The notes below the pieces were generated by a model. It did no database searches and was not told the DNA's origin. It worked only from the letters and a program-made list of their open reading frames with translations. Of a stretch of 64,000 nucleotides of DNA, positions 51,265-63,974 are shown one piece after another (positions within the stretch are counted from its first letter, which is position 1; the number at the start of each line of letters is the position of its first letter). Source of the DNA: Escherichia coli (GTDB taxonomy: Bacteria > Pseudomonadota > Gammaproteobacteria > Enterobacterales > Enterobacteriaceae). Made by a program: the position numbers and the translations under genes. The stretch lies in assembly GCF_048403405.1 (NCBI RefSeq), contig NZ_CP183129.1; one strand, given 5' to 3'.

Positions 51265-51597
51265 TTACGTATTGTCTTTCACCGTCTGGCTTGTGCCATT
51301 GGCTTTAACGGAGGCAATTCCGGTTTCACGAGATTGCGCGGTGGCGTACATCTGGCTGGAGCCGATAATTTGATGATTGGCGGCTTTCAGATTGAAATAG
51401 AATTTGCCGTTGCTTGCCGTTTTTTTCTCATAGCGTTCTTCTTGCGGGCTGTTGCTACGCACCGACGCGATACCCTTTTCCGCAGAGGCTTTTGAGGTAT
51501 ACAGCTCGCTGGTGAGGATAGTCTCACCATTGCCCGCTTTTAGCACAAACCGGAACTGATTATCACTGCTCTTACTGAGTTCAAACCAACCAGCCAT
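51265..51597 (-). CDS. yegP: UPF0339/DUF1508 protein YegP
   Basis: ORF 51265..51636 trimmed to the ATG at 51597 with AAGGAG SD (MAGWFELSKSSDNQFRF, 110 aa); two tandem DUF1508-like repeats. Confidence 0.85.
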   Translation of the reverse strand: MAGWFELSKSSDNQFRFVLKAGNGETILTSELYTSKASAEKGIASVRSNSPQEERYEKKTASNGKFYFNLKAANHQIIGSSQMYATAQSRETGIASVKANGTSQTVKDNT

Positions 51598-51776
51598 AAT
51601 GACTCCTTGATTGAAATTGCGTATCGAAAACAGCATCTAAAGGTACTGTTTGCCAATTAAAGTATGAGCGATTTTCTGGTGCCTGCCAGGGCGGAGAGAT
51701 CATGTCAGTTTGCTGACCATGCGTGGGATAATGTTGCCGGATCTGGTCTGAAGGCCATCTCCGGCAGGTAAAAATG

Positions 51777-52499
51777 TTAAACGATGCGGCAGGCGTCGGC
51801 TTCCCAGCGGTAACCGACGCCGTAAACGGCACGGATAAAGGACTGTTCGGCGTCGAGAGATTCCAGCTTGCGACGCAGGTTTTTAATGTGGCTGTCGATG
51901 GTGCGGTCGGTTACTACGCGGTAGTCGTCATAAAGATGATTGAGCAATTGCTCGCGGGAGAACACTTTTCCTGGTTCATGAGAGAGCGTTTTCAGCAGAC
52001 GAAATTCCGCAGGCGTCAGGTCAAGCATTTTTCCGCGCCATGAAGCCTGAAAACGACCTTCGTCGATAATCAACGGGCTTTCAGCATCCTGTTGCTGCAA
52101 CTCACGCTGCGGTTTGCAACGGCGCAAAATGGTTTTGACGCGCGCTACCACTTCCCGTGGGCTGTACGGCTTGCAGATATAATCATCTGCGCCAATTTCC
52201 AGCCCCAGCAGGCGGTCGATCTCTTCGATTTTTGCTGTCACCATCACGATCGGAATGTCAGAAAAACGACGAATTTCCCGACACAGCGTCAGGCCATCGG
52301 TGCCAGGGAGCATCAGATCCAGCAGGATCAGATCCGGTGGTGTCTGGCGCACATACGGCAGTACCTGATCGCCGTGGCTAATCAACGTTGGCGCATAGCT
52401 CGCAGCACGCAGATAATCAATGAGTAACTGCCCCAGCTTCGGTTCATCTTCCACGATCAAAATACGCGGTGTGTTTTCGTCGATTGGTAACTCGGTCAT
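51777..52499 (-). CDS. baeR: OmpR-family response regulator BaeR
   Basis: 240 aa; receiver domain plus winged-helix output; start overlaps the baeS stop. Confidence 0.95.
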
Positions 52500-53899
52500 A
52501 CTTCTCTCTGTAAATCCCGTTCCAGCGGTAACTCTACTGTAATGCTTACCCCGCCAAAAGGCGAATGGGCAGCAATAATGCGGCCATTATGTGCTTCAAC
52601 AATGTTCAGGCAAATCGCCAGCCCCAGCCCGGAACCGCCGCTGGCACGGTTGCGGGAGCCTTCGGTGCGATAAAAACGTTCAAACAATTTTTGTAGTTGA
52701 TCGTCACTGACACCCGGCGCACTGTCGGCAAAGGTCAGGCGCACCGTTTTGTCGTGCTGCCCGGCAGAGATTTTCAGGCTGCCGCCGCTGTCAGTGTAGC
52801 GCAGGCTGTTTTCAAGTAAGTTATTGAATAACTGCATTAAACGGTCGCGATCGCCAAATACAGTAATACTGTCTGGCAGGGAAAATTGCAGTTTCAGGCC
52901 ACGGCTGGCGAATCGTTCGCGAAATGCGCCGCCCGCCACTTCCAGCAGTGGGATCAAATCTACCGGTGCTTTTTGATAGGCGAGAGCGCCTTCATCAGAC
53001 ATCGACAACTGATGAAGATCGTCAACCAGTTTGGTCAGTGTACCGACCTCCGCCTGTAAAGACGCCACCGTCTCCGGCGTGAATTTACGCACGCCATCCT
53101 GAATGGCTTCCAGTTCACCGCGCAGCACCGCTAATGGCGTACGCAGTTCGTGAGAAATATCGGCCATAAAATCGCGCCGCATTTGCTGGTTTTTCTCCAG
53201 CGTGCTGGCAAGCTGGTTGAAGTCTTGCGCCAGTTTGCCCAGTTCATCTTCACTGGTGGGCGTTACGCGGGTAGTGAAATCGCCCGCCGCCAGTTTGTGC
53301 GTGCCGTCCACCAGCCGTTTTACCGGTGCCAGCAAACCACGCGCCAGCAGAAAGGTAGCGAGTGCCGCGAGTAACGTTGCCAGAGCGACAATCAGCCAGC
53401 TGGTTTGCCGCTGTTGTTTATCGAAATTGATATCAGTATTGCGGGTCAGTCGCTCAACAGGGGAGGCAATCACCGCGCCCACTTCCGCACCGTTGACCAG
53501 AATGGGTCGCCGTGTACCGTCAGGTGGAATCGGCGCTCGCGGACCAACCAGCACTTTGTTGTTTTGATCAACCACCCAGAACTGGGTACGCCAGCCGTGC
53601 GGTGGCATACCCGGGCCGGGTTTATCTTCCGAATTATCGTGTTCAAATGAACGCAGGATCTGAAAGACAAAGCGATCATTGTTGCGCAGGAAGCGCCAGT
53701 TGCCATGCTGCGCATACTGCTCGCCAAGCGCATCACTTAACAGTTGTAATCGCTGTTCATTACCATGCTTGATGTAATCAATAAAGCCACGCTCAAAACT
53801 GATACGCACCGCCCAGTGCATACTGATCAGCAAGACAATGCAGGTGGCGAAAATCGCCAGAAACAGTTTGCCGGTAATACCGGGTCGCCAGAACTTCAT
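52496..53899 (-). CDS. baeS: envelope-stress sensor histidine kinase BaeS
   Basis: 467 aa; two TM segments, HAMP, H-box [10 protein letters not shown], ATPase G-box. Confidence 0.95.
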
Positions 53900-55311
53900 T
53901 GCGCGCTCCTTTTTCGCCGCGAAATAGCTACATTTTGATGCGTATCGTTCGGCACTCTGGCAAAGATGAACGCCGGAAGGGCAATGATAAACGCCATGCT
54001 AAGCCAGGTGTACATAAAGACGGTTTGTGTGGTGCCGCTGTCGACGCTGACATGCTGCGAACCAAAAAGTCCCAGCAACAGCCCGGCGATGGTGACGCCG
54101 ATACTCATCGACAATTGCATAATCATCGACAGCAGGCTGTTTCCGCTGCTCGCCAGATTGTCCGGGAGATCTTTCAGCGTCAGGGTGTTCATGGAGGAGA
54201 AACGCGTCGAGTTGACCATCCCTTGTAAAAACAGGACGAACGGCAAAACGTAGTACCAGCCCAGCAGGGCGGTAGTCATAAACAACAGGGTGACCAGCGA
54301 CAGACCCAGCGTGGTCGCCACCAGTACCCGACGATAACCAAAGCGATTCACCACCTGTACCACAATTCGCTTCATCCCCATGCTGCCGAGCACCATCGGG
54401 ATCATCATCAGTCCGGCATGAAACGGTGAGAAGCCAAGGCCAATTTGCAGGAAAACCGGCGTCATAAAGGGCAACATGCCGCTACCGATACGTCCGGCAA
54501 AACTCCCCGCCAGGCCCAGCGAAAAGGTACGAGTACGGAACAGTTTCAGACTGAAAAGAGCGCGGTTGTTATTTCTGGCGTGCAGCAGATAAAGCACCAG
54601 TGCTACCACGCCAACTGCGACCAGGCCAGCAATCGCCAGCGGCGATAAACCTGTACCTTTACTGCCGTCCAGCGCCAGGGTTAATACCGCCATGCCAACC
54701 GCCAGCAATAAAAAGCCGAAGAGATCAAAGCGCCGCGTCTGCATGGTGTAGTTCGGCATTAACATCAGTGTGGCGATCGCACCGATAATCCCCACCGGAA
54801 TGTTGATCAAAAAGATCCAGTGCCAGGAGGCGTACTCCACCAGCAGGCCGCCGAGCGCCGGACCGAGCAGCGGCCCGACCTGACCGGGTAACGTGACAAA
54901 GGTCATCGCCGCCATATATTGCTCGCGCGGTACGATTTTCATCACCGTCAACCTGCCGACCGGCACCATCATCGCACCGCCAACGCCCTGTAACGCGCGT
55001 GCCAGCAACAGTTCGTTCAGCGTGCCGGAAAGCGCGCAAAACAGTGAACCGAGAGTAAACAGCACGATGGCGGTAAAGAAAATATTGCGCACGCCGACTT
55101 TGTCCGCCAGCCAGCCGCTGGCAGGCAACATCACCGCCACGGTCAGCACATAAGAGACAATGACCATGTGCATATGCAACGGACTTTCCCCGAGGCTTTG
55201 CGCCATTGAGGGAAGGGCGGTGTTAACGATGGTGGTGTCCAGCGACTGCATAAAGAAGCCGAAAGCCACAATCCACAATTGCCAGCGGGTGCTGTCGGGA
55301 AGATCTGTCAT
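53896..55311 (-). CDS. mdtD: MFS transporter MdtD
   Basis: 471 aa; 14-TM-like MFS; overlaps the baeS start. Confidence 0.9.
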   Translation of the reverse strand: MTDLPDSTRWQLWIVAFGFFMQSLDTTIVNTALPSMAQSLGESPLHMHMVIVSYVLTVAVMLPASGWLADKVGVRNIFFTAIVLFTLGSLFCALSGTLNELLLARALQGVGGAMMVPVGRLTVMKIVPREQYMAAMTFVTLPGQVGPLLGPALGGLLVEYASWHWIFLINIPVGIIGAIATLMLMPNYTMQTRRFDLFGFLLLAVGMAVLTLALDGSKGTGLSPLAIAGLVAVGVVALVLYLLHARNNNRALFSLKLFRTRTFSLGLAGSFAGRIGSGMLPFMTPVFLQIGLGFSPFHAGLMMIPMVLGSMGMKRIVVQVVNRFGYRRVLVATTLGLSLVTLLFMTTALLGWYYVLPFVLFLQGMVNSTRFSSMNTLTLKDLPDNLASSGNSLLSMIMQLSMSIGVTIAGLLLGLFGSQHVSVDSGTTQTVFMYTWLSMAFIIALPAFIFARVPNDTHQNVAISRRKRSAQ

Positions 55312-58300
55312 TTACTCGGTTACCGTTTGTTTAGGTTTACGCGAAAAACGCAGCCGCAGACGGTCGAAAAAGAGATACACCACCGGCGTGGTATACAGCG
55401 TCAGGAGCTGACTCATTACCAGACCGCCGACAATGGTGATCCCCAGGGGTTGCCGCAGCTCCGAGCCGTCACCGCCCGACAATACCAGCGGCAGCGCGCC
55501 AAACAGTGCTGCCAGGGTGGTCATCATAATCGGGCGAAAACGCAGCAGACAGGCCTGGAAAATAGCTTCCTGCGGCGTCAGGTTACCGTGCCGTTGGGCT
55601 TCAAGCGCAAAATCGACCATCATAATGGCGTTTTTCTTCACGATGCCGATTAATAGCATGATCCCTATCAGGGCGATTAGGCTGAACGGGGCATTGAACA
55701 GCTCCAGCGCCAGCAGCGCTCCAACGCCCGCCGAGGGCAGGGTGGAGAGAATCGTCAGCGGATGTACGTAACTCTCGTAAAGGATACCCAGCACGATATA
55801 CACCGTGGCGATGGCGGCGATAATCAGGATCACCTGCGAGTTCATCGTCTCCTGGAATACCTGCGCCGTGCCGGCAAAACTGCCGCGCACCGTCGAAGGC
55901 ACGCCAAGTTGCGTCATTGCGCGATCGATCGCCGCACTGGCGTCCGAGAGCGATTTCCCGGTCGGCAGGTTGAACGAGATGGTCGAGGCTGCCGATAATC
56001 CCTGATGATTCACCGATAGTGGGGCATTCGCCGGTTGCCATTTAGCGAAATACGACAGCGGGATCGCTTTTCCTTCGTTATTGATAACGAACATTTTTTC
56101 CAGCGCGCTGATGTCCTGGGTATAGCGCGGATCCACTTCCATCACCACTTTATACTGGTTCATCGGCTGGTAAATGGTCGAGATTTGCCGCTGACCGAAG
56201 GCGTTATTTAAAAGGCTGTTGGCGGCCTGTACATCGATTCCCAGCCGTGCCATGGTGTCGCGGTCGTAAACCAGATTCATCTCCGCGCCGTTATCCTGCT
56301 GATCGGAGTTCACGTCCGCCAGTTCCGGCAACGTCGCCAGTTTTTTGCGGATTTTCGGCTCCCATTCGCGCAGTGCCGCCAGGTCGTCGGATAACAACGT
56401 GTACTGGTAGCTGGCGTTCGACTGACGCCCACCAACGCGAATATCCTGTACCGCCATCAGGAACAGATTCGCCCCCGGTTCTTTCGCCAGTTTTACGCGC
56501 AGACGGTCGATAATTTGCTGCGCCGTTTCGCTGCGTTCGTCGCGTGGCTTGAGGGTGATAAACATCATCCCACTGTTCACCCGCGAACCGCCGGTAAAGC
56601 CGGTGACATTATCCACCGCCGGATCGTCACGGATAATTTTCATAAAATCCTGCAACTTACCGCGCATCGCCTGAAACGAAATACTCTGATCCGCCTGTAT
56701 CCCGCCCATCAACACGCCGGTGTCCTGCTCCGGGAAGAAGGTTTTCGGGATCGAGATATACAGCCAGATATTCAGCGCAATGGTGCCAAGCAGCACCACG
56801 CCCACCAGACGGGTATGATTGAGCACCCATTTCAGCGACTTGCCATAGCCTTGTTGCAGGGCTACCAACATGCGACCAAAACCACGCAGTCGCTTTTGCT
56901 CGCGCGGCTTGCTGGCTTTCAGCATCCAGCCACACATCATCGGCGTTAGCGTCAGGGAAACCAGCAACGAAATACCAATGGCGACAGAAAGCGTCACGGC
57001 AAACTCGCGTAACAGTCGGCCCGGCAATCCGCCCATCAACAGCAGCGGTAGGAACACCGCCACCAGTGACAGACTCATCGACAGCACCGTAAAACCGACT
57101 TCGCGAGTACCTTGTAGCGCGGCCTGTAGCGGTTTCATCCCCGCTTCCAGATGACGGGCAATGTTTTCCAGCACCACGATGGCGTCATCCACCACAAAGC
57201 CAGTGGCGATGGTGAGCGCCATTAACGAAAGGTTATTGAGACTGAATCCGCACAGGTACATCGCCGCAAACGTACCAATCAGCGAAACCGGCACCGCAAC
57301 GGCGGGAATAATAGTGGCGCGACCCGAGCGCAGGAATAAAAAGACCACCAGAATCACCAGCGCCACCGAGATAATCAGCGTTTGCTCGACTTCTTCCAGC
57401 GAGGCGCGAATGGTGGGGGAGCGATCCTGGGCAATTTGCAGATCAATTGCCGCCGGAATGGTTTCCTGCAACTCCGGTAATTTTGCCCGGATGCTGTCAA
57501 CCGTCTGGATAATATTGGCTTCCGGCAGCTTGCGGATCATCAGCAAAATAGCCGGTTTGGCGTTGGTCATCCCGGCGTTGCGCACATCCTGCACCGAGTC
57601 GGTCACCGTCGCCACATCGCCCAGACGAACCGCGCCGCCGTTGTTGTAATGAATAATCAGCGGCTGATATTCAGCGGCGGTTTTTAGCTCATCGTTGGTC
57701 TGGATCTGCCAGCGGTGAGTGCTATCTTCCAGCGCCCCCTGCGGTTTACGCACGTTGGCATTGCTGATGGCGCTGCGCACATCGTCCAGCGACACGCCCT
57801 GATTAAACAGCGCCTGCGGATTCAGCCCGACGCGTACGGCGGGCAGCGAGCTGCCGCCAACATCGACATCACCGACACCGTCGATTTGCGAAATCGTCGG
57901 AGCCAGCTGCGTCGAGGCGAAATCGTACAGTTCACCCTGCGAATAAGTATCGGACGTTAGCGTGAGGATCATAATTGGCGCATCCGACGGGTTCGCTTTG
58001 CGATAGGTCGGGCGGCTGGGCATCCCGCTGGGCAGCAAACTTTGTGCAGCGTTGATCGCCGCCTGCACATCGCGCGCTGCGCCGTTGATATCCCGGTCAA
58101 AATCAAACTGCAAAATAATGCGCGTGCTGCCGAGCGAACTACTGGAGGTCATTTCACTAACCCCGGCAATGCGCCCAAGTGAGCGCTCCAGCGGCGTGGC
58201 AACGGAAGACGCCATTGTTTCTGGTGACGCACCGGGCAGCGAGGCGCTGACCATAATCACCGGAAAATCGACCTGCGGCAGCGGGGCGACCGGCAGCATA

Positions 58301-58389
58301 CGGAAGCCCAGTATGCCGCACAGGGTAATGGCGACCGACAGTAAAATCGTCGCCACCGGGCGGTAAATGAAGAGGGCAAAAAACTTCAC
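55312..58389 (-). CDS. mdtC: RND multidrug efflux pump subunit MdtC
   Basis: 1025 aa; RND permease; adjacent to mdtB with no gap. Confidence 0.95.
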   Translation of the reverse strand: MKFFALFIYRPVATILLSVAITLCGILGFRMLPVAPLPQVDFPVIMVSASLPGASPETMASSVATPLERSLGRIAGVSEMTSSSSLGSTRIILQFDFDRDINGAARDVQAAINAAQSLLPSGMPSRPTYRKANPSDAPIMILTLTSDTYSQGELYDFASTQLAPTISQIDGVGDVDVGGSSLPAVRVGLNPQALFNQGVSLDDVRSAISNANVRKPQGALEDSTHRWQIQTNDELKTAAEYQPLIIHYNNGGAVRLGDVATVTDSVQDVRNAGMTNAKPAILLMIRKLPEANIIQTVDSIRAKLPELQETIPAAIDLQIAQDRSPTIRASLEEVEQTLIISVALVILVVFLFLRSGRATIIPAVAVPVSLIGTFAAMYLCGFSLNNLSLMALTIATGFVVDDAIVVLENIARHLEAGMKPLQAALQGTREVGFTVLSMSLSLVAVFLPLLLMGGLPGRLLREFAVTLSVAIGISLLVSLTLTPMMCGWMLKASKPREQKRLRGFGRMLVALQQGYGKSLKWVLNHTRLVGVVLLGTIALNIWLYISIPKTFFPEQDTGVLMGGIQADQSISFQAMRGKLQDFMKIIRDDPAVDNVTGFTGGSRVNSGMMFITLKPRDERSETAQQIIDRLRVKLAKEPGANLFLMAVQDIRVGGRQSNASYQYTLLSDDLAALREWEPKIRKKLATLPELADVNSDQQDNGAEMNLVYDRDTMARLGIDVQAANSLLNNAFGQRQISTIYQPMNQYKVVMEVDPRYTQDISALEKMFVINNEGKAIPLSYFAKWQPANAPLSVNHQGLSAASTISFNLPTGKSLSDASAAIDRAMTQLGVPSTVRGSFAGTAQVFQETMNSQVILIIAAIATVYIVLGILYESYVHPLTILSTLPSAGVGALLALELFNAPFSLIALIGIMLLIGIVKKNAIMMVDFALEAQRHGNLTPQEAIFQACLLRFRPIMMTTLAALFGALPLVLSGGDGSELRQPLGITIVGGLVMSQLLTLYTTPVVYLFFDRLRLRFSRKPKQTVTE

Positions 58390-61300
58390 TTACGCCTCCT
58401 CTTCATGACGGGCAAAGCGGCTTTTGGTCCACAATGCCAGGCGGTCGAATAGCAGATAAATCACTGGCGTGGTAAACAGAGTCAGCACCTGGCTGACAAT
58501 CAGACCGCCGACCATGCCGATACCTAACGGACGACGCAGTTCCGCGCCGACCCCGGTACTCAACATCAGCGGCAGCGCGCCAAGCAGTGCCGCCAGAGTG
58601 GTCATCAGGATCGGACGAAAACGCAACAGACAAGCCTGGTAAATAGCTTCGCGCGGCGACATGCCTTGCTCGCGCTCAGCAGCCAGCGCGAAGTCGATCA
58701 TCATGATGGCGTTCTTCTTCACGATACCGATTAGCAAAATAATGCCGATAATTGCAATCACATCCAGTTCGCTACCGGCAATCATTAACGCCAGCAGTGC
58801 GCCGACCCCTGCGGTGGGTAGCGTCGAGAGAATGGTGATCGGGTGAATAAAGCTCTCGTACAGAATGCCGAGCACGATATACATCGCCACCACCGCCGCG
58901 ACAATCAGCCAGACAGTGCTGCCCAGCGCCGACTGGAAGGCGAGGGTGCTGCCCTGGAACTGCGTGGTGATATCCACTGGCAGATTCAGCGTCTTTTCGG
59001 TGTCCATAATCGCCTGCACCGCATCGCCCAGCGAATAGTTATCCGGTACGTTAAAGGAGATGGTCGTTACCGGGAACTGATCCAGATGGTTGATGGAAAG
59101 CGGCGCAAAACGCTGCTCAATTTTGGCAATTGAGCTTAACGGCACCACGCCACCGTCGCTGCTGGTCAGGCGAATGGTATCCAGCGCCGCAAGCCCTGGG
59201 GTATTTTCGGTATTGTGCTCCAGCACCACGCGATACTGGTTGGCCTGAGTATAAATGGTGGAAATCAGCCGCTGACCAAACGCGTTGTACAGGGCGTTAT
59301 CGACATCCGCCATACTGATCCCCAGACGGCTGGCGCTGTCCCTGTCGACATTGACATACGCCACCAGCCCTTTGTCCTGCCAGTCGCTGGAGACATCAGA
59401 AAGCTGTGGCAGCTGCTGGAGTTTTTCCATCAACTGTGGCACCCAGGTACTGAGCGCATCCAGTGACGTGGCCTGCAAGGTAAACTGGTACTGGGTGCGG
59501 CTGACCTGAGTATCGATGGTCAGGTCCTGCGTTGGTTGCAGGAAGAGATCGACGCCCGGCACTTTATCCACCGCCGTTTGCAGACGGGCGATGACTTTTT
59601 GCACCCGGTCATCTCGTTCATCCAGTGGTTTGAGGTTGATCTGCAAACGCGCACTGTTCAGCGACGGGTTAGTGCCATCAACGCCAACAAATGAGGTCAG
59701 GCTTTGCACTGCCGGATCCTGCAAAATCACATCCGCGACCTGGCGTTGCCGCTGGGCCATATTGGCAAAGGAGCTGGATTGCGGTGCCTGCAAAGTGCCC
59801 TGAATAATGCCGTTGTCCTGTACCGGGAAGAAACCTTTCGGAATGAATACCCACAAGAGAACACTAAGCAGCAGCGTGCTGAGTGCCACGCTTAAGGTCA
59901 GCCACGGATGATTCAGCACTTTCGCCAGTCCACGACCATAGGCGGCGATTATCCTGTCGAACATTTTCTCCGAGGCTCGGGAGAAGCGATTCTGTTTACG
60001 CAGCGACTCCTGGCTGAGCATCCGCGCGCACATCATCGGCGTCAGAGTCAGCGACACCACGGCTGAGATCAAAATCGCGACTGCCAGAGTAATAGCAAAT
60101 TCGCGGAACAGTCGCCCGACGATATCGCCCATAAATAGCAGTGGGATCAACACTGCAATCAGTGAGAAGGTCAGCGAGATAATGGTAAAGCCGATTTCAC
60201 CCGCGCCTTTGAGCGCCGCCGCCAACGGTTTTTCGCCTTTTTCGATATAGCGGGAAATGTTTTCGATCACCACGATGGCGTCATCGACCACAAATCCGGT
60301 GGCGATAGTTAACGCCATCAGCGTCAGGTTATTGATTGAAAAATCGAGAAACACCATGACCGCGAAGGTGCCGATTAACGACAGCGGCACTGCGACGCCG
60401 GGAATGATAGTCGCCGGAATATTACGCAAAAACAGGTAGATAATCATGACTACCAGCGCGATAGCCATCATCAATTCAAACTGAGTATCATCGACGGATG
60501 CGCGAATATTGGTGGTACGGTCAGAAAGTACCGTCACTTTTACCGATTTCGGCAAACTCTCGGTGAGTTGTGGCAGCATCTGCCGGATGCTGTCGGCGGT
60601 GGAGATAATGTTAGCACCGGGCTGGCGCTGAACATTCATCACGATGGCCTGTTCTTTGTTCGCCCACGCGCCGAGCCAGCTGTTTTCTGCGCCTTGTTCT
60701 ACGGTTGCGACATCGCCAAGACGAATCGGCGCGCCGTTCTGGTAGGCGATGATCAGCTGGCGATACTCTTCGGCGGATTGCATCTGGTCGTTCGCGGAAA
60801 GCGTGACCGCACGGGAAGGGCCGTCGAGGCTACCTTTTGCCGAGTTAACGTTAGCGCCGGTAATAGCGGTGCGCACGGTTTCGCTGGTCAGGCCGAGGGC
60901 GGCAATCGCCTGAGCGTTAAGTTTGACACGAACAGCCGGACGCTGGCCGCCGGAAAGCGTCACCAGGCCGACACCGGAAATCTGCGAGATTTTCTGCGCG
61001 ACGCGGGTTTCCACCATATCTTCCACTTGCGTCATTGGCATGGCGGTTGAGGTGACGGCGAGCGTCATGATTGGTGGATCTGCCGGGTTCACTTTGCTGT
61101 AAACCGGCGGGTTAGGCAGATCGCTCGGCAACAAGTTGGTCGCAGCGTTAATCGCGGCCTGCACTTCCTGCTCGGCGACATCCAGCGGTAATGTTAGCTG
61201 GAACTGTAAGGTGATAACTGACGCACCGCCGGAACTTTGCGACGACATCTGTTTCAGGCCAGACATCTGCCCAAACTGGCGTTCAAGCGGCGCGGTAACG

Positions 61301-61512
61301 GCAGAGGTCATGACATCCGGGCTCGCACCTGGGTAGAGCGTGACTACCTGAATGGTCGGATAGTCCACTTCCGGCAGCGCCGAAACGGGCAGGGCTCTAT
61401 AACCGATAATCCCAGCGAGTAAGATCGCCACCATCAGCAGCGTGGTGGCGACAGGACGCATAATAAACAGGCGCGACGGGCCGCCTGTGCTGCTCGGGGG
61501 TAACACCTGCAT
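58390..61512 (-). CDS. mdtB: RND multidrug efflux pump subunit MdtB
   Basis: 1040 aa; RND permease paralogous to MdtC. Confidence 0.95.
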   Translation of the reverse strand: MQVLPPSSTGGPSRLFIMRPVATTLLMVAILLAGIIGYRALPVSALPEVDYPTIQVVTLYPGASPDVMTSAVTAPLERQFGQMSGLKQMSSQSSGGASVITLQFQLTLPLDVAEQEVQAAINAATNLLPSDLPNPPVYSKVNPADPPIMTLAVTSTAMPMTQVEDMVETRVAQKISQISGVGLVTLSGGQRPAVRVKLNAQAIAALGLTSETVRTAITGANVNSAKGSLDGPSRAVTLSANDQMQSAEEYRQLIIAYQNGAPIRLGDVATVEQGAENSWLGAWANKEQAIVMNVQRQPGANIISTADSIRQMLPQLTESLPKSVKVTVLSDRTTNIRASVDDTQFELMMAIALVVMIIYLFLRNIPATIIPGVAVPLSLIGTFAVMVFLDFSINNLTLMALTIATGFVVDDAIVVIENISRYIEKGEKPLAAALKGAGEIGFTIISLTFSLIAVLIPLLFMGDIVGRLFREFAITLAVAILISAVVSLTLTPMMCARMLSQESLRKQNRFSRASEKMFDRIIAAYGRGLAKVLNHPWLTLSVALSTLLLSVLLWVFIPKGFFPVQDNGIIQGTLQAPQSSSFANMAQRQRQVADVILQDPAVQSLTSFVGVDGTNPSLNSARLQINLKPLDERDDRVQKVIARLQTAVDKVPGVDLFLQPTQDLTIDTQVSRTQYQFTLQATSLDALSTWVPQLMEKLQQLPQLSDVSSDWQDKGLVAYVNVDRDSASRLGISMADVDNALYNAFGQRLISTIYTQANQYRVVLEHNTENTPGLAALDTIRLTSSDGGVVPLSSIAKIEQRFAPLSINHLDQFPVTTISFNVPDNYSLGDAVQAIMDTEKTLNLPVDITTQFQGSTLAFQSALGSTVWLIVAAVVAMYIVLGILYESFIHPITILSTLPTAGVGALLALMIAGSELDVIAIIGIILLIGIVKKNAIMMIDFALAAEREQGMSPREAIYQACLLRFRPILMTTLAALLGALPLMLSTGVGAELRRPLGIGMVGGLIVSQVLTLFTTPVIYLLFDRLALWTKSRFARHEEEA

Positions 61513-62759
61513 CAGGAGCGTGCTCCTTTTTTCGCGTATTCGCGGCTGGTGGCTTTCTCTTCCGGAGTGGTGGCGCTCTGGGCTTCCACTACTTCCACTT
61601 TCGCCCCTTCGGTCAGGCGATCAATGCCGTCTGTCACTACGCGGTCGCCCGCAGAAATACCTGCGCGGATCACCACTTTCTGACTGTCCTGAATGCCCGG
61701 CGTCACCAGATGTTTGCTGACCTTGTTTTCGCTATTCAGCACCCAGACAAAATGGCCTTCGTTGCCCATTTGCAGAGCGGCGGTGGGGATCACCACGGCG
61801 TTTTGTTCGGTGTCGACTAACATACGCGCGTTAACAAACTGATTGGGAAACAGCGCATCATCCTGATTATTAAAGCGTGCTTTCACTTTAATCGTACCGG
61901 TAGTGGCATCGATTTGGTTATCGAGGCTTAACAGCGTGCCTTCACTTAATTTCTTCGAGTTGGTGCGATCCCAGGCTTCTACCACCAGCGGTTTTCCGGT
62001 TTTTTGCGCCTGTACTACGGTAGCGATATCGCTTTCCGGCAGGGTAAAGAGCAAATCGATAGGATGCGTCTGGGTGATCACCACAATCCCGGTGGTATCA
62101 CCACTGGAGATTTGGTTACCAACATCAACCTGCTTGAGACCAACGCGACCATCGATTGGTGCGGTGATGCGGCTCCAGTCGAGCTGCAGCTGCGCGCTGG
62201 CGACGCTTGCTTCATCAGCCTTAATGGTGCCTTCGGTTTCACTGACCAGCGCCTGTTGGGCATCCAGCTCCTGGCGGGAGACAAGATTGGTTTTTGCCAG
62301 TTGTTGATAACGCGCCAGGTCACGGCGGGCGTTGGCAAGCGTGGCTTTATCTTTTGCCAGTTGGCCCTGGGCTTGTGCTAATGCAACTTTGAACTGGCTT
62401 GGGTCAATTTCTGCCAGTAAATCGCCTGCTTTGACCTGCTGGCCTTCCTGGAAATGTAACGCCATCAGTTGACCGTCCACGCGGCTGCGCACCGTAACGG
62501 TATTAGCGGCGGTAATGGTGCCAAGCCCGGTGAGATAACGTGGCACAGCTTGTTCTACGGCAGTCGCCGCCTGAACCGGGGCTAATGGGCCGGCACGCAT
62601 ACCACGGCGACCACCCGCTGGCGATTGCTGCGCTTGTTTCGTCGCCCCTGGGGCTGCACTCTGGGAGTCATTGCGGCCTTGCCAGAACCAGAATGCGGCG
62701 ATGGCGGCGATAACCAACACGATTACGATTACCCAACGGGATTTATAACTGCCTTTCAT
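61512..62759 (-). CDS. mdtA: RND efflux membrane fusion protein MdtA
   Basis: ORF 61512..62906 trimmed to the ATG at 62759 ([14 protein letters not shown]..., 415 aa); TM anchor then periplasmic adaptor domains. Confidence 0.9.
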   Translation of the reverse strand: MKGSYKSRWVIVIVLVIAAIAAFWFWQGRNDSQSAAPGATKQAQQSPAGGRRGMRAGPLAPVQAATAVEQAVPRYLTGLGTITAANTVTVRSRVDGQLMALHFQEGQQVKAGDLLAEIDPSQFKVALAQAQGQLAKDKATLANARRDLARYQQLAKTNLVSRQELDAQQALVSETEGTIKADEASVASAQLQLDWSRITAPIDGRVGLKQVDVGNQISSGDTTGIVVITQTHPIDLLFTLPESDIATVVQAQKTGKPLVVEAWDRTNSKKLSEGTLLSLDNQIDATTGTIKVKARFNNQDDALFPNQFVNARMLVDTEQNAVVIPTAALQMGNEGHFVWVLNSENKVSKHLVTPGIQDSQKVVIRAGISAGDRVVTDGIDRLTEGAKVEVVEAQSATTPEEKATSREYAKKGARS

Positions 62760-62812
62760 CGTTAAGAGTTTCTCTTCCTGAAACGTTTCACGGAATGATA
62801 CTAGTGTAGCCA

Positions 62813-62830
62813 GCCAATAAGGGAGAAAAA
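62813..62830 (-). promoter_or_regulatory. BaeR box upstream of mdtA
   Basis: Minus strand reads TTTTTCTCCCTTATTGGC, matching the recalled BaeR consensus TTTTTCTCCATDATTGGC; about 55 nt upstream of the mdtA start. Confidence 0.65.
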
Positions 62831-62984
62831 TGGAGGAATTATGAAACACTGTCGGGAATCGTCTGAATGACGGGCACATTTGCGAGCACGCATCCAGTAA
62901 TAACACATGAAACTATTTTATCTGCAAGTTAGCGATAGACTGCTTGCATGGCGAAAGGAGGTAAGCCGCCGTTTTCAGCGGGAC

Positions 62985-63130
62985 GCTGAAACGGGAAAGC
63001 CCCTCCCGAGGAAGGGGCCTTAAATAAGGAAAGGGTCATGATGAAGCTACTCATCATCGTGGTGCTCTTAGTGATTAGCTACCCAGCATACTAAGACTAC
63101 CAGGGCGGGGGAAACCCCGCTCTACCCTCA
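62985..63130 (-). ncRNA. sibB: Sib-family antisense sRNA, copy 1 (approximate bounds)
   Basis: Candidate minus-strand promoter TTGACA (63160-63165), 17-nt spacer, TACTTT (63137-63142); transcript would cover the whole ibs ORF and SD in antisense. Ends are estimated. Confidence 0.45.
63038..63094 (+). CDS. ibsB: Ibs-family 18-aa hydrophobic toxin (IbsB-like)
   Basis: Not in the ORF track (below its size cut-off). atgatgaagctactc... encodes MMKLLIIVVLLVISYPAY; SD aaggaaaggg upstream. Confidence 0.75.
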   Translation: MMKLLIIVVLLVISYPAY

Positions 63131-63312
63131 CTCCTGAAAGTATGCCTTCACGATAAGATTGTCAATCTGCAGGCTTTGCAGTCTGCGATCCTGCCAGCAA
63201 ATATTCTTTGCGAGACGTTACGCAATAATCACACTGGAAACTATTTTATCCGCAAGTCAGCGATAGACTGCATACAGGGCGAAAGGAGGTAAGCCGACGA
63301 TTTCAGCGGGAC

Positions 63313-63458
63313 GCTGAAACGGGAAAGCCCCTCCCGAGGAAGGGGCCTTAAATAAGGAAAGGGTCATGATGAAGATACTCATCATCGTGGTGCTCTTAGT
63401 GATTAGCTACCCAGCATACTAAGACTACCAGGGCGGGGGAAACCCCGCTCTACCCTCA
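63313..63458 (-). ncRNA. Sib-family antisense sRNA, copy 2 (approximate bounds)
   Basis: Same promoter elements shifted by 328 bp (TTGACA at 63488-63493 on the minus strand). Confidence 0.45.
63366..63422 (+). CDS. Ibs-family 18-aa toxin, second IbsB-like copy
   Basis: MMKILIIVVLLVISYPAY; differs from copy 1 by L4I. Confidence 0.75.
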   Translation: MMKILIIVVLLVISYPAY

Positions 63459-63644
63459 CTCCTGAAAGTATGCCTTCACGATAAGATTGTCAATCCGCAG
63501 GCTTTGCAGTCTGCGATCCTGCCAGCAAATATTCTTTGCGAGTCGTTACGCAATAATCACAGAGGAAACTATTTTGGTCACGCGTTAGCGATAGACTGCA
63601 TTCAGGGCGAAAGGAGGTAAGCCGACGATTTCAGCGGGACGCTG

Positions 63645-63793
63645 AAACGGGAAACCCTCTCCCGGAGAAGAGGGCTTTTAATAAGGAAAGGGTTATGATG
63701 AAGCACGTCATCATACTGGAGATACTCTTAGTGATTAGCTTCCAGGCTTACTAAGAACACCAGGGGGAGGGAGAAACCTCTCCCTAACCCTCA
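63645..63793 (-). ncRNA. sibA: Sib-family antisense sRNA, copy 3 (approximate bounds)
   Basis: TTGACA at 63823-63828 on the minus strand; the -10 region has diverged (TAATTT-like); antisense to the third ibs ORF. Confidence 0.4.
63695..63754 (+). CDS. ibsA: Ibs-family 19-aa toxin (IbsA-like variant)
   Basis: MMKHVIILEILLVISFQAY; same leader context; carries a Glu in the hydrophobic core. Confidence 0.65.
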   Translation: MMKHVIILEILLVISFQAY

Positions 63794-63974
63794 CTCCTGA
63801 AATTATGTCACTCCGCCCTTAGTGTCAATCGACGGCTCTCCGTTCTTGCGAGGCGAATAGCAAAATTTTCTGCGCCGCCGGGCCTAATTCTGAAAGTTTC
63901 TTCGTTTGCTCTTATTTCATTATTGCAATCGGTATGATACCGGGCCTCAATAATTCTCTAAGAAAGGATTTCTT

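Larger units (their letters stand above)
62900..63215. repeat. ibs/sib type I toxin-antitoxin repeat unit 1
   Basis: First of three tandem units of about 328 bp with conserved leader (gcgaaaggaggtaagccg...gggaaagcccctcccgaggaaggggcc), small ORF and downstream conserved block. Confidence 0.8.
63216..63543. repeat. ibs/sib repeat unit 2
   Basis: Near-identical to unit 1, offset by 328 bp. Confidence 0.8.
63544..63870. repeat. ibs/sib repeat unit 3 (divergent copy)
   Basis: Same architecture, more diverged; offset about 329 bp from unit 2. Confidence 0.75.
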
